From Candidatus Altimarinota bacterium (GTDB taxonomy: Bacteria; Patescibacteriota; Gracilibacteria; UBA4473), in contig OZ246423.1 of the NCBI GenBank assembly GCA_965231215.1, forward strand, positions 1,024,001 through 1,088,000: a stretch of DNA of 64,000 nt, in the 5' to 3' direction. This document shows positions 40,617 through 48,928 of this stretch, in pieces; within the stretch, counting starts at the first letter, position 1, and the number at the start of each line of letters is the position of its first letter. The position numbers and the translations under genes are program-made. The notes beneath the pieces are model-generated. The model searched no databases and was not told the DNA's origin. It worked only from the letters and a program-made list of their open reading frames with translations.

Positions 40617-43600
40617 TTAAGGGGTAATACTAAAAGTAACTTCACCTGATGGGTGAACTTTTGCCGCTACCTCAGGAATTCCATTGGCAGGATCGGCTTT
40701 TTGTATTCGATAAAAATTTCCATTTGCTAGAATCTGTGATCCAGCAAAAAATCCAGCATCTCCTGGTTTTGAAGGGAAAGAAAACTCTCCAAGACCAGTT
40801 TTTTCAAAAAGTAATTTAATTTTCTTACCTAAAGCTCCAGTAACCGTAATAGAATTATTTGGAGCATTTGTAAGTTCCTGAACTCTTAGACTTTTGGTTT
40901 GTTTTGTGAAGTAAGTTGCATTCTCTAATGTAATAGCGTCAGGATTAAGTATTTCTAGTTTTTCAGTTTTTGGTTTTGTTACTGGTTCTTTTGGGAGCTT
41001 AGTAATTTGGAAAAAACTTAAACTTCCATCAGCATTCTCAACTTTTTCAATACGAATTCTTGAACCATCAATTTTACTAGTAAGTATGTTACCTTCTAGG
41101 ATGGCGTTAGCTTCAATCAACTCCATTTTTCCTTTTCTGGTAATGAAAAGTACATTTCCTGAACCGTCTTGGAAATTTAGATCTTTAGCCTCTCTTACCA
41201 GTTCAGTTATTTCATGAGTGTTGTTGTCTTTAAGTTTATCTGTGTTTATGTTTTTACCTTCTTTGGCTGATCCTAGACCGGCTTCAGCGGCCTTTCTAGA
41301 TTGAACTTTTCGTCCAACGGTATAGACTTCGTAGAAAGTACTACCGTCTTTATTCACAATTTTGCTATGAGCATCTTTAATTCCGGCCTCTTGTAATTGT
41401 CTTACGACGGTATTGGCTTCTTCTAGAGTTCGATGTTGAGAGACTGGATCACCTTTTTCTCCTTGTTTTTCAAGTTTTTTAATGAGTTCATTTCTCTGTG
41501 CTTCCAACTTTCGTTGTCTTGTCTCATGTTTGTTTTTTCTAAACCTCTTTGGAGTTTTTTCACTATGCTGTTGTATTTGATCATTCAGATTTTGAAGCTC
41601 ATTTACTGTCGTATTCTTTTTTGGTAGTGAAGTGAGGTGGACTTCGTAGATTGGTTTTTCTCCGCTAGTGACTTCTTTGATTTTTCCTGTAGCGCCAGTT
41701 TCTTGGATTTCTTTGAGTACCGCTTCTGCTTCGGTTCGGTTTTCATGCTTAGAAACTGACTCATTCTTATTGGCAGCTTCTTGCATTTGCTTAAGCAGTT
41801 GTGATCTTTCACCTTCTAATCTTCGGAGCTCTCGCCCTCGCCACAAAGCCTTAGCTTTACCTCCTTTTATTAAGGTTGGTTCTGGCATGGCTCTAAGTTC
41901 AGCAATACTGGCATTAACATCTTTTAATGCATCTGGGGCTGATTTTGGTTCCGCTTTAAGTAATTCTTGTCGGTATTGTCGTCGAAGTTCTCGATATTTT
42001 TGATTAATAGCGGCTATATCTTCTCTTCCTTTTAATACGGCTTCTTGGGCTATATCTCTGGCATCTTGAAGTTCTTTGATATGATCCGCGTTGTCCTCTT
42101 TCTTAGCTTTAGCCTCAACCAGTTGTTGTTCTTTTTGTCTGAGAGTTTTTTCAGCTTCGCTAAGTCTTTGACGGGCTTCAAGTTCTTTGACTCTGTTTTG
42201 ACGCATAGATCCGTGATACTTCGCTTCGGCGGCTCTTCCTTGAGCCGATTCTGTTTTTCGAATAGAGCCCCAAAGTCTTTTAACAGGGGCAGGAATCCAA
42301 TTTTGTCTTTTTGGTTTGACCCCCAATGAAGGAGGCCTGCTAACAGTTATAGTAGGGCTATGAGCTGCGATAACTTCAGGTTTAGTTTGAGGTTTTCCAT
42401 TGGCGCCTATTTCGGTAAATTCGAACGTTACATTATCACCTTTTTTTTGAGTAATTTTTCCCCTTCTTAATTTTCCATCTTTTTTTATAATGACGGGTTC
42501 TCCAGCGATGAATGGTTCCCCATTTATGTTTACAATGTCATGGGTCAATTGTGTATCAATTTCGTTGATCTGTTTCTTGGTGGCCTTGATTTTTGCTTCT
42601 ATGGCTTTTTGTGTTTTATCATGAGCTTCTTTTTTAATTTTTTTATTTGTAAGGTCGTTTTGTAGCGCTCGACTTTGAGCCTCTAGAGTTTCTAGGTCTC
42701 TTTGTCTAGCTTCTTTTTGTTTTTTGAGGTTAAACTTATAGGCTTCAACGGGGTCTTTTGGTGTTCTGGCAAAGAAATCTTTGGCTCTTTCTTTCATTTG
42801 TTTTCGCGCCTTTGGGGCTAAGCTGGCTACTTTTTTGGGTTCAGCACCCCGGCCTAATTGTGGAAGTAAGAAAAACAGCATCCACTCTTTGGCAAATTGT
42901 TCACCGCTCATTTCATGTCCAATGTGTCCATTGGTGGCGCTGTGCGCAGTGGTAGCTGTAATGGCCATGAGTCCACTATCAAATCCAGTTCGGAGGGTTC
43001 TTTGAGCTAGGTAATTTCCAAAACCGCTTCGGGTTCTTTTTCCAGTATTTCGTACAGCCCAGTTTGGAAGAGTTTCTCCAAGGGTTCGTACTTCCTGGAT
43101 GCCTAATTTTTGCATTCCTTTTCCATAAACAAAATTTCCTCCTCGGAATACGTTGAACATAAGGGCACTCATAAGGTTTCCGTTGAGAGAAGTATCCATT
43201 TGTCCTTCAACGATCATGTTTTGGGCTTGGTTAAACATTAACCCCTCGAAAGAAGCAGCTCCAATTCCAGCAGCTAGTCTGGCGCCTCGGATACTATTGG
43301 CTTTAGCGCCAACATTAGCTACTGCGTCAGCTCCAGCCATGGCTGCGGCTGCCCATGAAAGTCCTTTTGCAGCGGCCCATCTAGCTCCTGCGGCTAGGCC
43401 TCCAGAGACCAATATAAGTGGAATATTGATGGCAATTTCTTTCCAAATCCAATCTTTGGTAGTTTCGGTCATATCCCATCCTTTCTCTAGTCCATGAATA
43501 TCTTGATAATCGGTTAAAGCTTCCGCGACTAGACCATCAACTCCAAGGTCACTAGCGGTTTTTTCGTTAATAGCAAAGTGAAGCTTGGCTCGATCAATCA

Positions 43601-45524
43601 TTTGATCACGCGTATAGGTGCGGTCTACTTTAGAAAGCATTTCAAGTACTTTGTAGGCCACATTTTTTACTTCAGTCACGTCGCTTGGGTTGCTGGCTTT
43701 GAATTTTGTCTCAGTATTATTTTTGGGGTCTCTGATAGTGAGTTCCTCCCCACTAGCCAGTTGACCTCTTATGCGTTCAGCAGTTCCATCATCTTCAAAT
43801 TTATTAATAATTTCACTTACACTTGGTAGATCATCATCAATGTCTTCAATTTCGTCTCGAACATCGTTATCACTTACTTTTGATTTAGCTTCTAAGATTT
43901 TAGGGTGACCAGCAAAGAGTGATCCATACATCTCTGCTGCGGCATCGTACAAACTTTCATCATGGAAAAGTCTTTTAGCAAGAGCTAATTGAGCTTTTTT
44001 GAATTTTGCCACATCTTTAAGAGAAACAGCCCCAGCGGGTTTATGAATACCAGCATCAACTACATCAGAAGACTGCCAAAACTTTAAATAAGTTTTATGG
44101 AATTGGTCTAGGGTAGTACTAAGCGCTGGCTTATTCGATTTTAGCTTCACAATAGCACTTTCTAGGTCAGTAGCTGCGCCAGAGATAATAAGTCCTTGCA
44201 GAGTGTTTGTAAGTTCAGTGTATTTTTGTGCATCTCGTATAATGGCATTATCTGCCTGAGAGGTGGCACTGCTTTCAAACGCATTTTGAATGGCCCATTC
44301 ACCTTGTCTGTCTAAAGCGAGTGAGTTTATATAACTTCTATAGAGTGTTAGTCCGGTAACATCCTGAGTTTTAGCTACCAGGGTGTTTTCCATGGCCTCA
44401 ATTGACCCCAGTATTTTTTCAACTTGGGTTCCAACTTCTGCATCACTTTTTAGACTTTCTAAAAGATCTTTAGCTTTTTTAGTGTTTTCTTCCTTATTAG
44501 TTGTAAGTAACCATTGAGCTTCAAAAATTGTTCTTTGGTTGGCTGAGAATTTTGGATTTTTAGAAAGTTTTTCAAATAGCTCTGAAGTTTCTTTTGGAGT
44601 GGTTGGAAGAGTTTCGCCTGTAGCGATATAAAATTCCATTTTAGCCACTATTTCCTCGCGTTCCTCTGGTTTATGCTGATTAAGCCAGGTGAATACATCT
44701 TTGTATTCTACAAAGGCGGAATGAGCGGTGTTAAACTTTTTAAAATCTCCCGCTACATCTGGAGGCAAAGAGGTCAGAGGGATGGTTAGATCTAGAATCT
44801 GAGATTCAACCTCCGTAGTAGCAATATTGGTTCCAGTATTTACTGGAGGTTTAGGACATTGGTCACTTTCTATGGCACTGATAACCGCACCAGTATTTAT
44901 GTTTATGGTTACGAGTTTTCCATCTATACATTCTGTTTTAGTTTTTACTTCAGGGTGTGGTCTTTCAGACTCTAGAGGTTGATCATCTCTTGGTGGGGGT
45001 TCTTGTTGTTGAGTGTCGATTCTGATTTTCCCATCTAGGTACTCTCCAGAAGCAATAGCTTCATGATTGTCGAGCCTTACATTCTGTCGTTTTTTCTTTC
45101 TTCTCCCTTGGCTGTCGGTGTAGTAAGTTATTTTTTGAGCTTTTCCAGAGTACTGGATTTTGAACCAATAATGATCAGCTCCACCACTATTTCCACTAGT
45201 ATCATGAGTTTTATCTTCAAGCCCTAAAATTTTCACTTTAGCGCCCTTTGGCACCACGAAATCTTCCTCATGATCACCGGCATGAGTTCTGAGTCTTAGT
45301 CCAGTGTGAAGTGTAATAATTCTTGAATGAGTATTTTCAATGATGACTTGCTTTTTGAGTTCATCCAGATTTAGACCTGTTCTCATTGAGAGTATTTCAA
45401 GTTGATCAGATAAGCTCCCCTCTACATGCGCATCAGTGCCTCTCTCCACATTGTTGGGGGAGGGCTTTTTCCAGACGAATTTAGTTGCCTGAGGGTCTTG
45501 GGTAAAAGTAAATACTAGTTTCAT
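40617..45524 (-). CDS. Giant multidomain protein (1635 aa): SH3b-like, Gly/Ala-rich hydrophobic core, coiled coils, two SPOR-like repeats
   Basis: Long ORF; the domain calls are by-eye pattern matches (see findings). Confidence 0.7.
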   Translation of the reverse strand: MKLVFTFTQDPQATKFVWKKPSPNNVERGTDAHVEGSLSDQLEILSMRTGLNLDELKKQVIIENTHSRIITLHTGLRLRTHAGDHEEDFVVPKGAKVKILGLEDKTHDTSGNSGGADHYWFKIQYSGKAQKITYYTDSQGRRKKKRQNVRLDNHEAIASGEYLDGKIRIDTQQQEPPPRDDQPLESERPHPEVKTKTECIDGKLVTININTGAVISAIESDQCPKPPVNTGTNIATTEVESQILDLTIPLTSLPPDVAGDFKKFNTAHSAFVEYKDVFTWLNQHKPEEREEIVAKMEFYIATGETLPTTPKETSELFEKLSKNPKFSANQRTIFEAQWLLTTNKEENTKKAKDLLESLKSDAEVGTQVEKILGSIEAMENTLVAKTQDVTGLTLYRSYINSLALDRQGEWAIQNAFESSATSQADNAIIRDAQKYTELTNTLQGLIISGAATDLESAIVKLKSNKPALSTTLDQFHKTYLKFWQSSDVVDAGIHKPAGAVSLKDVAKFKKAQLALAKRLFHDESLYDAAAEMYGSLFAGHPKILEAKSKVSDNDVRDEIEDIDDDLPSVSEIINKFEDDGTAERIRGQLASGEELTIRDPKNNTETKFKASNPSDVTEVKNVAYKVLEMLSKVDRTYTRDQMIDRAKLHFAINEKTASDLGVDGLVAEALTDYQDIHGLEKGWDMTETTKDWIWKEIAINIPLILVSGGLAAGARWAAAKGLSWAAAAMAGADAVANVGAKANSIRGARLAAGIGAASFEGLMFNQAQNMIVEGQMDTSLNGNLMSALMFNVFRGGNFVYGKGMQKLGIQEVRTLGETLPNWAVRNTGKRTRSGFGNYLAQRTLRTGFDSGLMAITATTAHSATNGHIGHEMSGEQFAKEWMLFFLLPQLGRGAEPKKVASLAPKARKQMKERAKDFFARTPKDPVEAYKFNLKKQKEARQRDLETLEAQSRALQNDLTNKKIKKEAHDKTQKAIEAKIKATKKQINEIDTQLTHDIVNINGEPFIAGEPVIIKKDGKLRRGKITQKKGDNVTFEFTEIGANGKPQTKPEVIAAHSPTITVSRPPSLGVKPKRQNWIPAPVKRLWGSIRKTESAQGRAAEAKYHGSMRQNRVKELEARQRLSEAEKTLRQKEQQLVEAKAKKEDNADHIKELQDARDIAQEAVLKGREDIAAINQKYRELRRQYRQELLKAEPKSAPDALKDVNASIAELRAMPEPTLIKGGKAKALWRGRELRRLEGERSQLLKQMQEAANKNESVSKHENRTEAEAVLKEIQETGATGKIKEVTSGEKPIYEVHLTSLPKKNTTVNELQNLNDQIQQHSEKTPKRFRKNKHETRQRKLEAQRNELIKKLEKQGEKGDPVSQHRTLEEANTVVRQLQEAGIKDAHSKIVNKDGSTFYEVYTVGRKVQSRKAAEAGLGSAKEGKNINTDKLKDNNTHEITELVREAKDLNFQDGSGNVLFITRKGKMELIEANAILEGNILTSKIDGSRIRIEKVENADGSLSFFQITKLPKEPVTKPKTEKLEILNPDAITLENATYFTKQTKSLRVQELTNAPNNSITVTGALGKKIKLLFEKTGLGEFSFPSKPGDAGFFAGSQILANGNFYRIQKADPANGIPEVAAKVHPSGEVTFSITP

Positions 45525-45613
45525 TGCGCGCGAAAATATCAGGTGATTTTACCACATTTTTGACTAAAAATCCAGTGTTTTGAGTCTTTTGCTAAAAAAT
45601 TCGGATAAAAGCT

Positions 45614-45649
45614 TTGACATACGCACTAAAATCTCGAGAATCCGCGAGA
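45614..45649 (+). promoter_or_regulatory. Putative promoter 3 of V/A-ATPase genes (atpA)
   Basis: TTGACA, 16 nt, GAGAAT, then CCGCGAGA. Confidence 0.55.
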
Positions 45650-45681
45650 ATTTTAATCCACAATTTTATTTTTTTTGAATC

Positions 45682-47445
45682 ATGAGTGACAAAAAGCCAG
45701 TTATCGTCAAAGTTTCAGGGCCATTAGTTGTGGCCGATAACATGTCTCACGCAAAGATGTACGAGGTAGTACGGGTGGGGGACGAAGGACTCGTAGGAGA
45801 GGTAATCCGACTTGAAGGAAATGAAGCCTATGTTCAAGTCTATGAAGAAACAGCCGGAGTCGGCCCAGGAGAGCCTGTAGAAACAACAGGAAAAACTCTT
45901 TCTGTAGAGTTGGGGCCAGGGCTTTTGGAGTCTATTTATGATGGAATTCAACGACCTCTCGGAGTATTAGAAGAAAAATCAGGCTATTTCCTAGCTCGCG
46001 GGATTGACGCTGATGGTCTAGATCAAAATAAAAAATGGGATTTTGTGGCTACGGTCTCTACCGGGAACACGGTTGAAGCTGGAGACACTATCGGAACGGT
46101 TCAAGAAACGACACTGATTCTGCATAAAGTGATGGTTCCAGCTGAAGTAAAAGGCAAAGCTAAAGTAAAATCTATTGAGTCTGGTCACTTTAAAGTGAGT
46201 GATACGGTAGCCGTAGTAGAAGATGAAGAGGGGAAAGAACATAACGTAGCCATGCGTCAGTACTGGCCAATTCGAAACAGCCGAAAAATTAATCGAAAAT
46301 TAATTCCATCCGAACCACTGCGTTCTGGATGTAGATCAATTGATACATTCTTTCCGTTGGTGAAAGGAGGTGCCGGATGTATCCCTGGGCCATTTGGTTC
46401 TGGGAAAACCGTAACGCAACAATCTCTGGCTAAATACTGTGATGCACAAGTAATTATATACATCGGTTGTGGAGAGCGAGGGAATGAGATGACAGAAGTA
46501 CTAAATGAGTTCCCCCATCTGATCGATCCAAATAGTGGAGAGCCACTCATGAAACGAACGGTGATGATTGCCAATACGTCGAACATGCCAGTAGCGGCTC
46601 GTGAGGCGAGTGTGTACACCGGCATTACTATTGCTGAATATTATCGAGACATGGGATACAACGTAGCCCTCATGGCTGATTCTACTTCACGATGGGCAGA
46701 AGCCATGCGTGAGATGTCAGGACGTCTTGAAGAGATGCCTGGGGAAGAAGGATATCCAGCTTACCTAGGGTCTAAAACGGCTGAGTTCTATGAACGAGCT
46801 GGAGCGGTTGAATGTCTTGGATCTGAAGGCCGAACAGGTAGCCTTACCGTAATTGGAGCCGTATCGCCTCCAGGAGGAGATCTTTCTGAACCTGTATCAC
46901 AAAATACACTTCGAGTGACTAAAACTTACTGGGGACTGGATTCTAAGTTGTCATACCAGCGTCACTTCCCAGCCATCAATTGGCTTAAATCATACTCTCT
47001 GTACACCCCAAATATTGAGAAGTACATGAAAGAAGAAGTAGCTCAAGATTACTGGGAGATTCGAGAAACAGGTATGAACCTCCTGCAAGAAGAATCTAAA
47101 CTACAAGAAATTGTACGTCTAGTTGGGCCAGACGCGCTTTCTGTGCGAGAAAAATTAGTATTACTTACAGCCAAATCTATTCGTGAGGATTTCCTCTACC
47201 AAGATAGTTTTGATGCAGAAGATGCCTACACTATTCCTCAAAAGCAATACCAAATGCTTAAGACTATTGTAACGTTATACCACGAAGGAATGAAGCTCGT
47301 TGATAGAGAAGAATTTGATTTCAGCAAAGTAGAAGAATCACCAGTAATTCAAGAAATTGCCAACGTGAAAAATCTTTCAAAAGAGGAAACAGAAGATTAT
47401 GAAAAAGTGCGACAAAACATTACTAAAGAAATTGGAGCACTCTAG
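45682..47445 (+). CDS. atpA: V/A-type ATPase catalytic subunit A (NtpA)
   Basis: QVYEETAG, SVELGPG, PGPFGSGKTV, GCGERGNE, ANTSNMPVAAREAS and RHFPAINW; no intein. Confidence 0.98.
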   Translation: MSDKKPVIVKVSGPLVVADNMSHAKMYEVVRVGDEGLVGEVIRLEGNEAYVQVYEETAGVGPGEPVETTGKTLSVELGPGLLESIYDGIQRPLGVLEEKSGYFLARGIDADGLDQNKKWDFVATVSTGNTVEAGDTIGTVQETTLILHKVMVPAEVKGKAKVKSIESGHFKVSDTVAVVEDEEGKEHNVAMRQYWPIRNSRKINRKLIPSEPLRSGCRSIDTFFPLVKGGAGCIPGPFGSGKTVTQQSLAKYCDAQVIIYIGCGERGNEMTEVLNEFPHLIDPNSGEPLMKRTVMIANTSNMPVAAREASVYTGITIAEYYRDMGYNVALMADSTSRWAEAMREMSGRLEEMPGEEGYPAYLGSKTAEFYERAGAVECLGSEGRTGSLTVIGAVSPPGGDLSEPVSQNTLRVTKTYWGLDSKLSYQRHFPAINWLKSYSLYTPNIEKYMKEEVAQDYWEIRETGMNLLQEESKLQEIVRLVGPDALSVREKLVLLTAKSIREDFLYQDSFDAEDAYTIPQKQYQMLKTIVTLYHEGMKLVDREEFDFSKVEESPVIQEIANVKNLSKEETEDYEKVRQNITKEIGAL

Positions 47446-47536
47446 CGCTTTCCCAAATCTGAGAAGAAGCTCTCTAAAGATACAGTCTTGAGACTTTGGG
47501 CAAGCCAGAATATTAAAAGACTAAAGACAATCAATA

Positions 47537-48058
47537 ATGAAAAAATTTCTCCCAGTTCTGGTTCTGCTTATAGCTTTAACGGCTTGTGAAAAACGAACCG
47601 AAGACAGTCCATCAGCGTCCCCTCTTGATATGCCAGGAGGAACCACTAAACAAGAATTTAAAGCTGAAAATGAATCTAATACTAACCAAACATCAGAAAT
47701 GACTAAAAAAGACACCCCAGCCGCCGAAGAGGTAACCGATCTAAAGATTGATATTGAAGTCGAAGGGGAAGGCGCCGTGGCCAAAGCAGGTGATACGGTA
47801 AAAGTGCACTATACGGGAACGCTACAAGACGGTACAAAATTTGATTCTAGTCGAGATCGAGGACAGCCATTTCAGTTCAACCTTGGAGCTGGACAAGTGA
47901 TTGAAGGTTGGGACGTAGGCGTTGAAGGGATGCGCGTTGGAGAACAACGAACCCTTACTATCCCACCACATATGGGATACGGAGAATACGGTATTGGACC
48001 TATTCCTGGAAACGCGGTTCTTATTTTTGATGTGGAGCTCGTAGAAATTGTGGATTAG
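47537..48058 (+). CDS. FKBP-type peptidyl-prolyl isomerase lipoprotein
   Basis: Lipobox LTAC; [27 protein letters not shown] and [13 protein letters not shown]. Confidence 0.93.
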   Translation: MKKFLPVLVLLIALTACEKRTEDSPSASPLDMPGGTTKQEFKAENESNTNQTSEMTKKDTPAAEEVTDLKIDIEVEGEGAVAKAGDTVKVHYTGTLQDGTKFDSSRDRGQPFQFNLGAGQVIEGWDVGVEGMRVGEQRTLTIPPHMGYGEYGIGPIPGNAVLIFDVELVEIVD

Positions 48059-48103
48059 GTTAATTGCTTTAGTAGATTTTTTCATCAATTAAAAAATATA
48101 ACA

Positions 48104-48118
48104 CCCCATGCGATGGGG
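48104..48118. terminator. Hairpin between convergent genes
   Basis: CCCCAT-gcg-ATGGGG. Confidence 0.45.
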
Positions 48119-48143
48119 GATTAGAGGTGAATCTTCAAAATTT

Positions 48144-48914
48144 TTATGTATTGGTATCCAAAAAATCTATAACTTCTTCGGCAATTTGTTCTGGCGTGTA
48201 CTCACTCTTTTTCATAAAGGCGTCTACCCCTAAAGATTCCGCTTTTTTTACATCTTTTTGTTGGTTGAGATTACTAGTAACAAAGACCGGAGTATTGAGT
48301 TTAGCGTTGCCTTTAATATTTTTAATAACTTCAAACCCATCCATATCTGGCATAAGGATGTCTAGTAGTATGGCGTCTGGCTGAATTTCAACGGCCTTCG
48401 TGATTCCGTCAAAGCCATTATTACTGGCATAAACATGACAGTTTTTTTGTTCTAAAGAGAGGGTTAATAGATCAATTTCATCTTCATTATCCTCAATTAT
48501 TAAGATGGCATAGCCGTTCATTTGTCCTGGCTTATCCATGCTATCTACTCGGAGATAGTCTTTCACTCTTTGAATCACTTGTTGGGGCGTAAGCTCAGAC
48601 TTATTGATATAATCGGTAACGCCTAACCTATAAGCCTCTTTGATAATTTTATCATCAACAAGATTACTAATAATTAGGATAAGGCAGTCTAGGTTTGTAT
48701 TTTGACGGAGGCCTTCAATCACCTCTAAGCCATCCATATTGGGCATCATGATATCTAGCAGTATGACATCAGGGTTCATTGAGGCTGCTTTTTGAATACC
48801 TATGGAGCCCTCTTCACTAGAGTCAACCGTATATCCAGCCTGTGAAAAGGCTAAAGTATATATAGTTCTTAAATCAGGATTATCCTCTATAATAAGGATT
48901 TTCTCTTGTTTCAT
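48144..48914 (-). CDS. Response regulator with two tandem receiver domains and no output domain
   Basis: Two copies of ILIIEDN...PD.ILLDI.MP.MDG...SNL...KSE.TP.Q. Confidence 0.9.
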   Translation of the reverse strand: MKQEKILIIEDNPDLRTIYTLAFSQAGYTVDSSEEGSIGIQKAASMNPDVILLDIMMPNMDGLEVIEGLRQNTNLDCLILIISNLVDDKIIKEAYRLGVTDYINKSELTPQQVIQRVKDYLRVDSMDKPGQMNGYAILIIEDNEDEIDLLTLSLEQKNCHVYASNNGFDGITKAVEIQPDAILLDILMPDMDGFEVIKNIKGNAKLNTPVFVTSNLNQQKDVKKAESLGVDAFMKKSEYTPEQIAEEVIDFLDTNT

Positions 48915-48928
48915 TTTGTATTTGTTTG

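Noticed and set aside
27912-45524. Prophage or integrative element
   Set aside because: No integrase, terminase, capsid, relaxase or att-like repeats recognised.
45682-47445. Intein in ATPase subunit A
   Set aside because: Length (587 aa) is normal and the Walker A region is uninterrupted.
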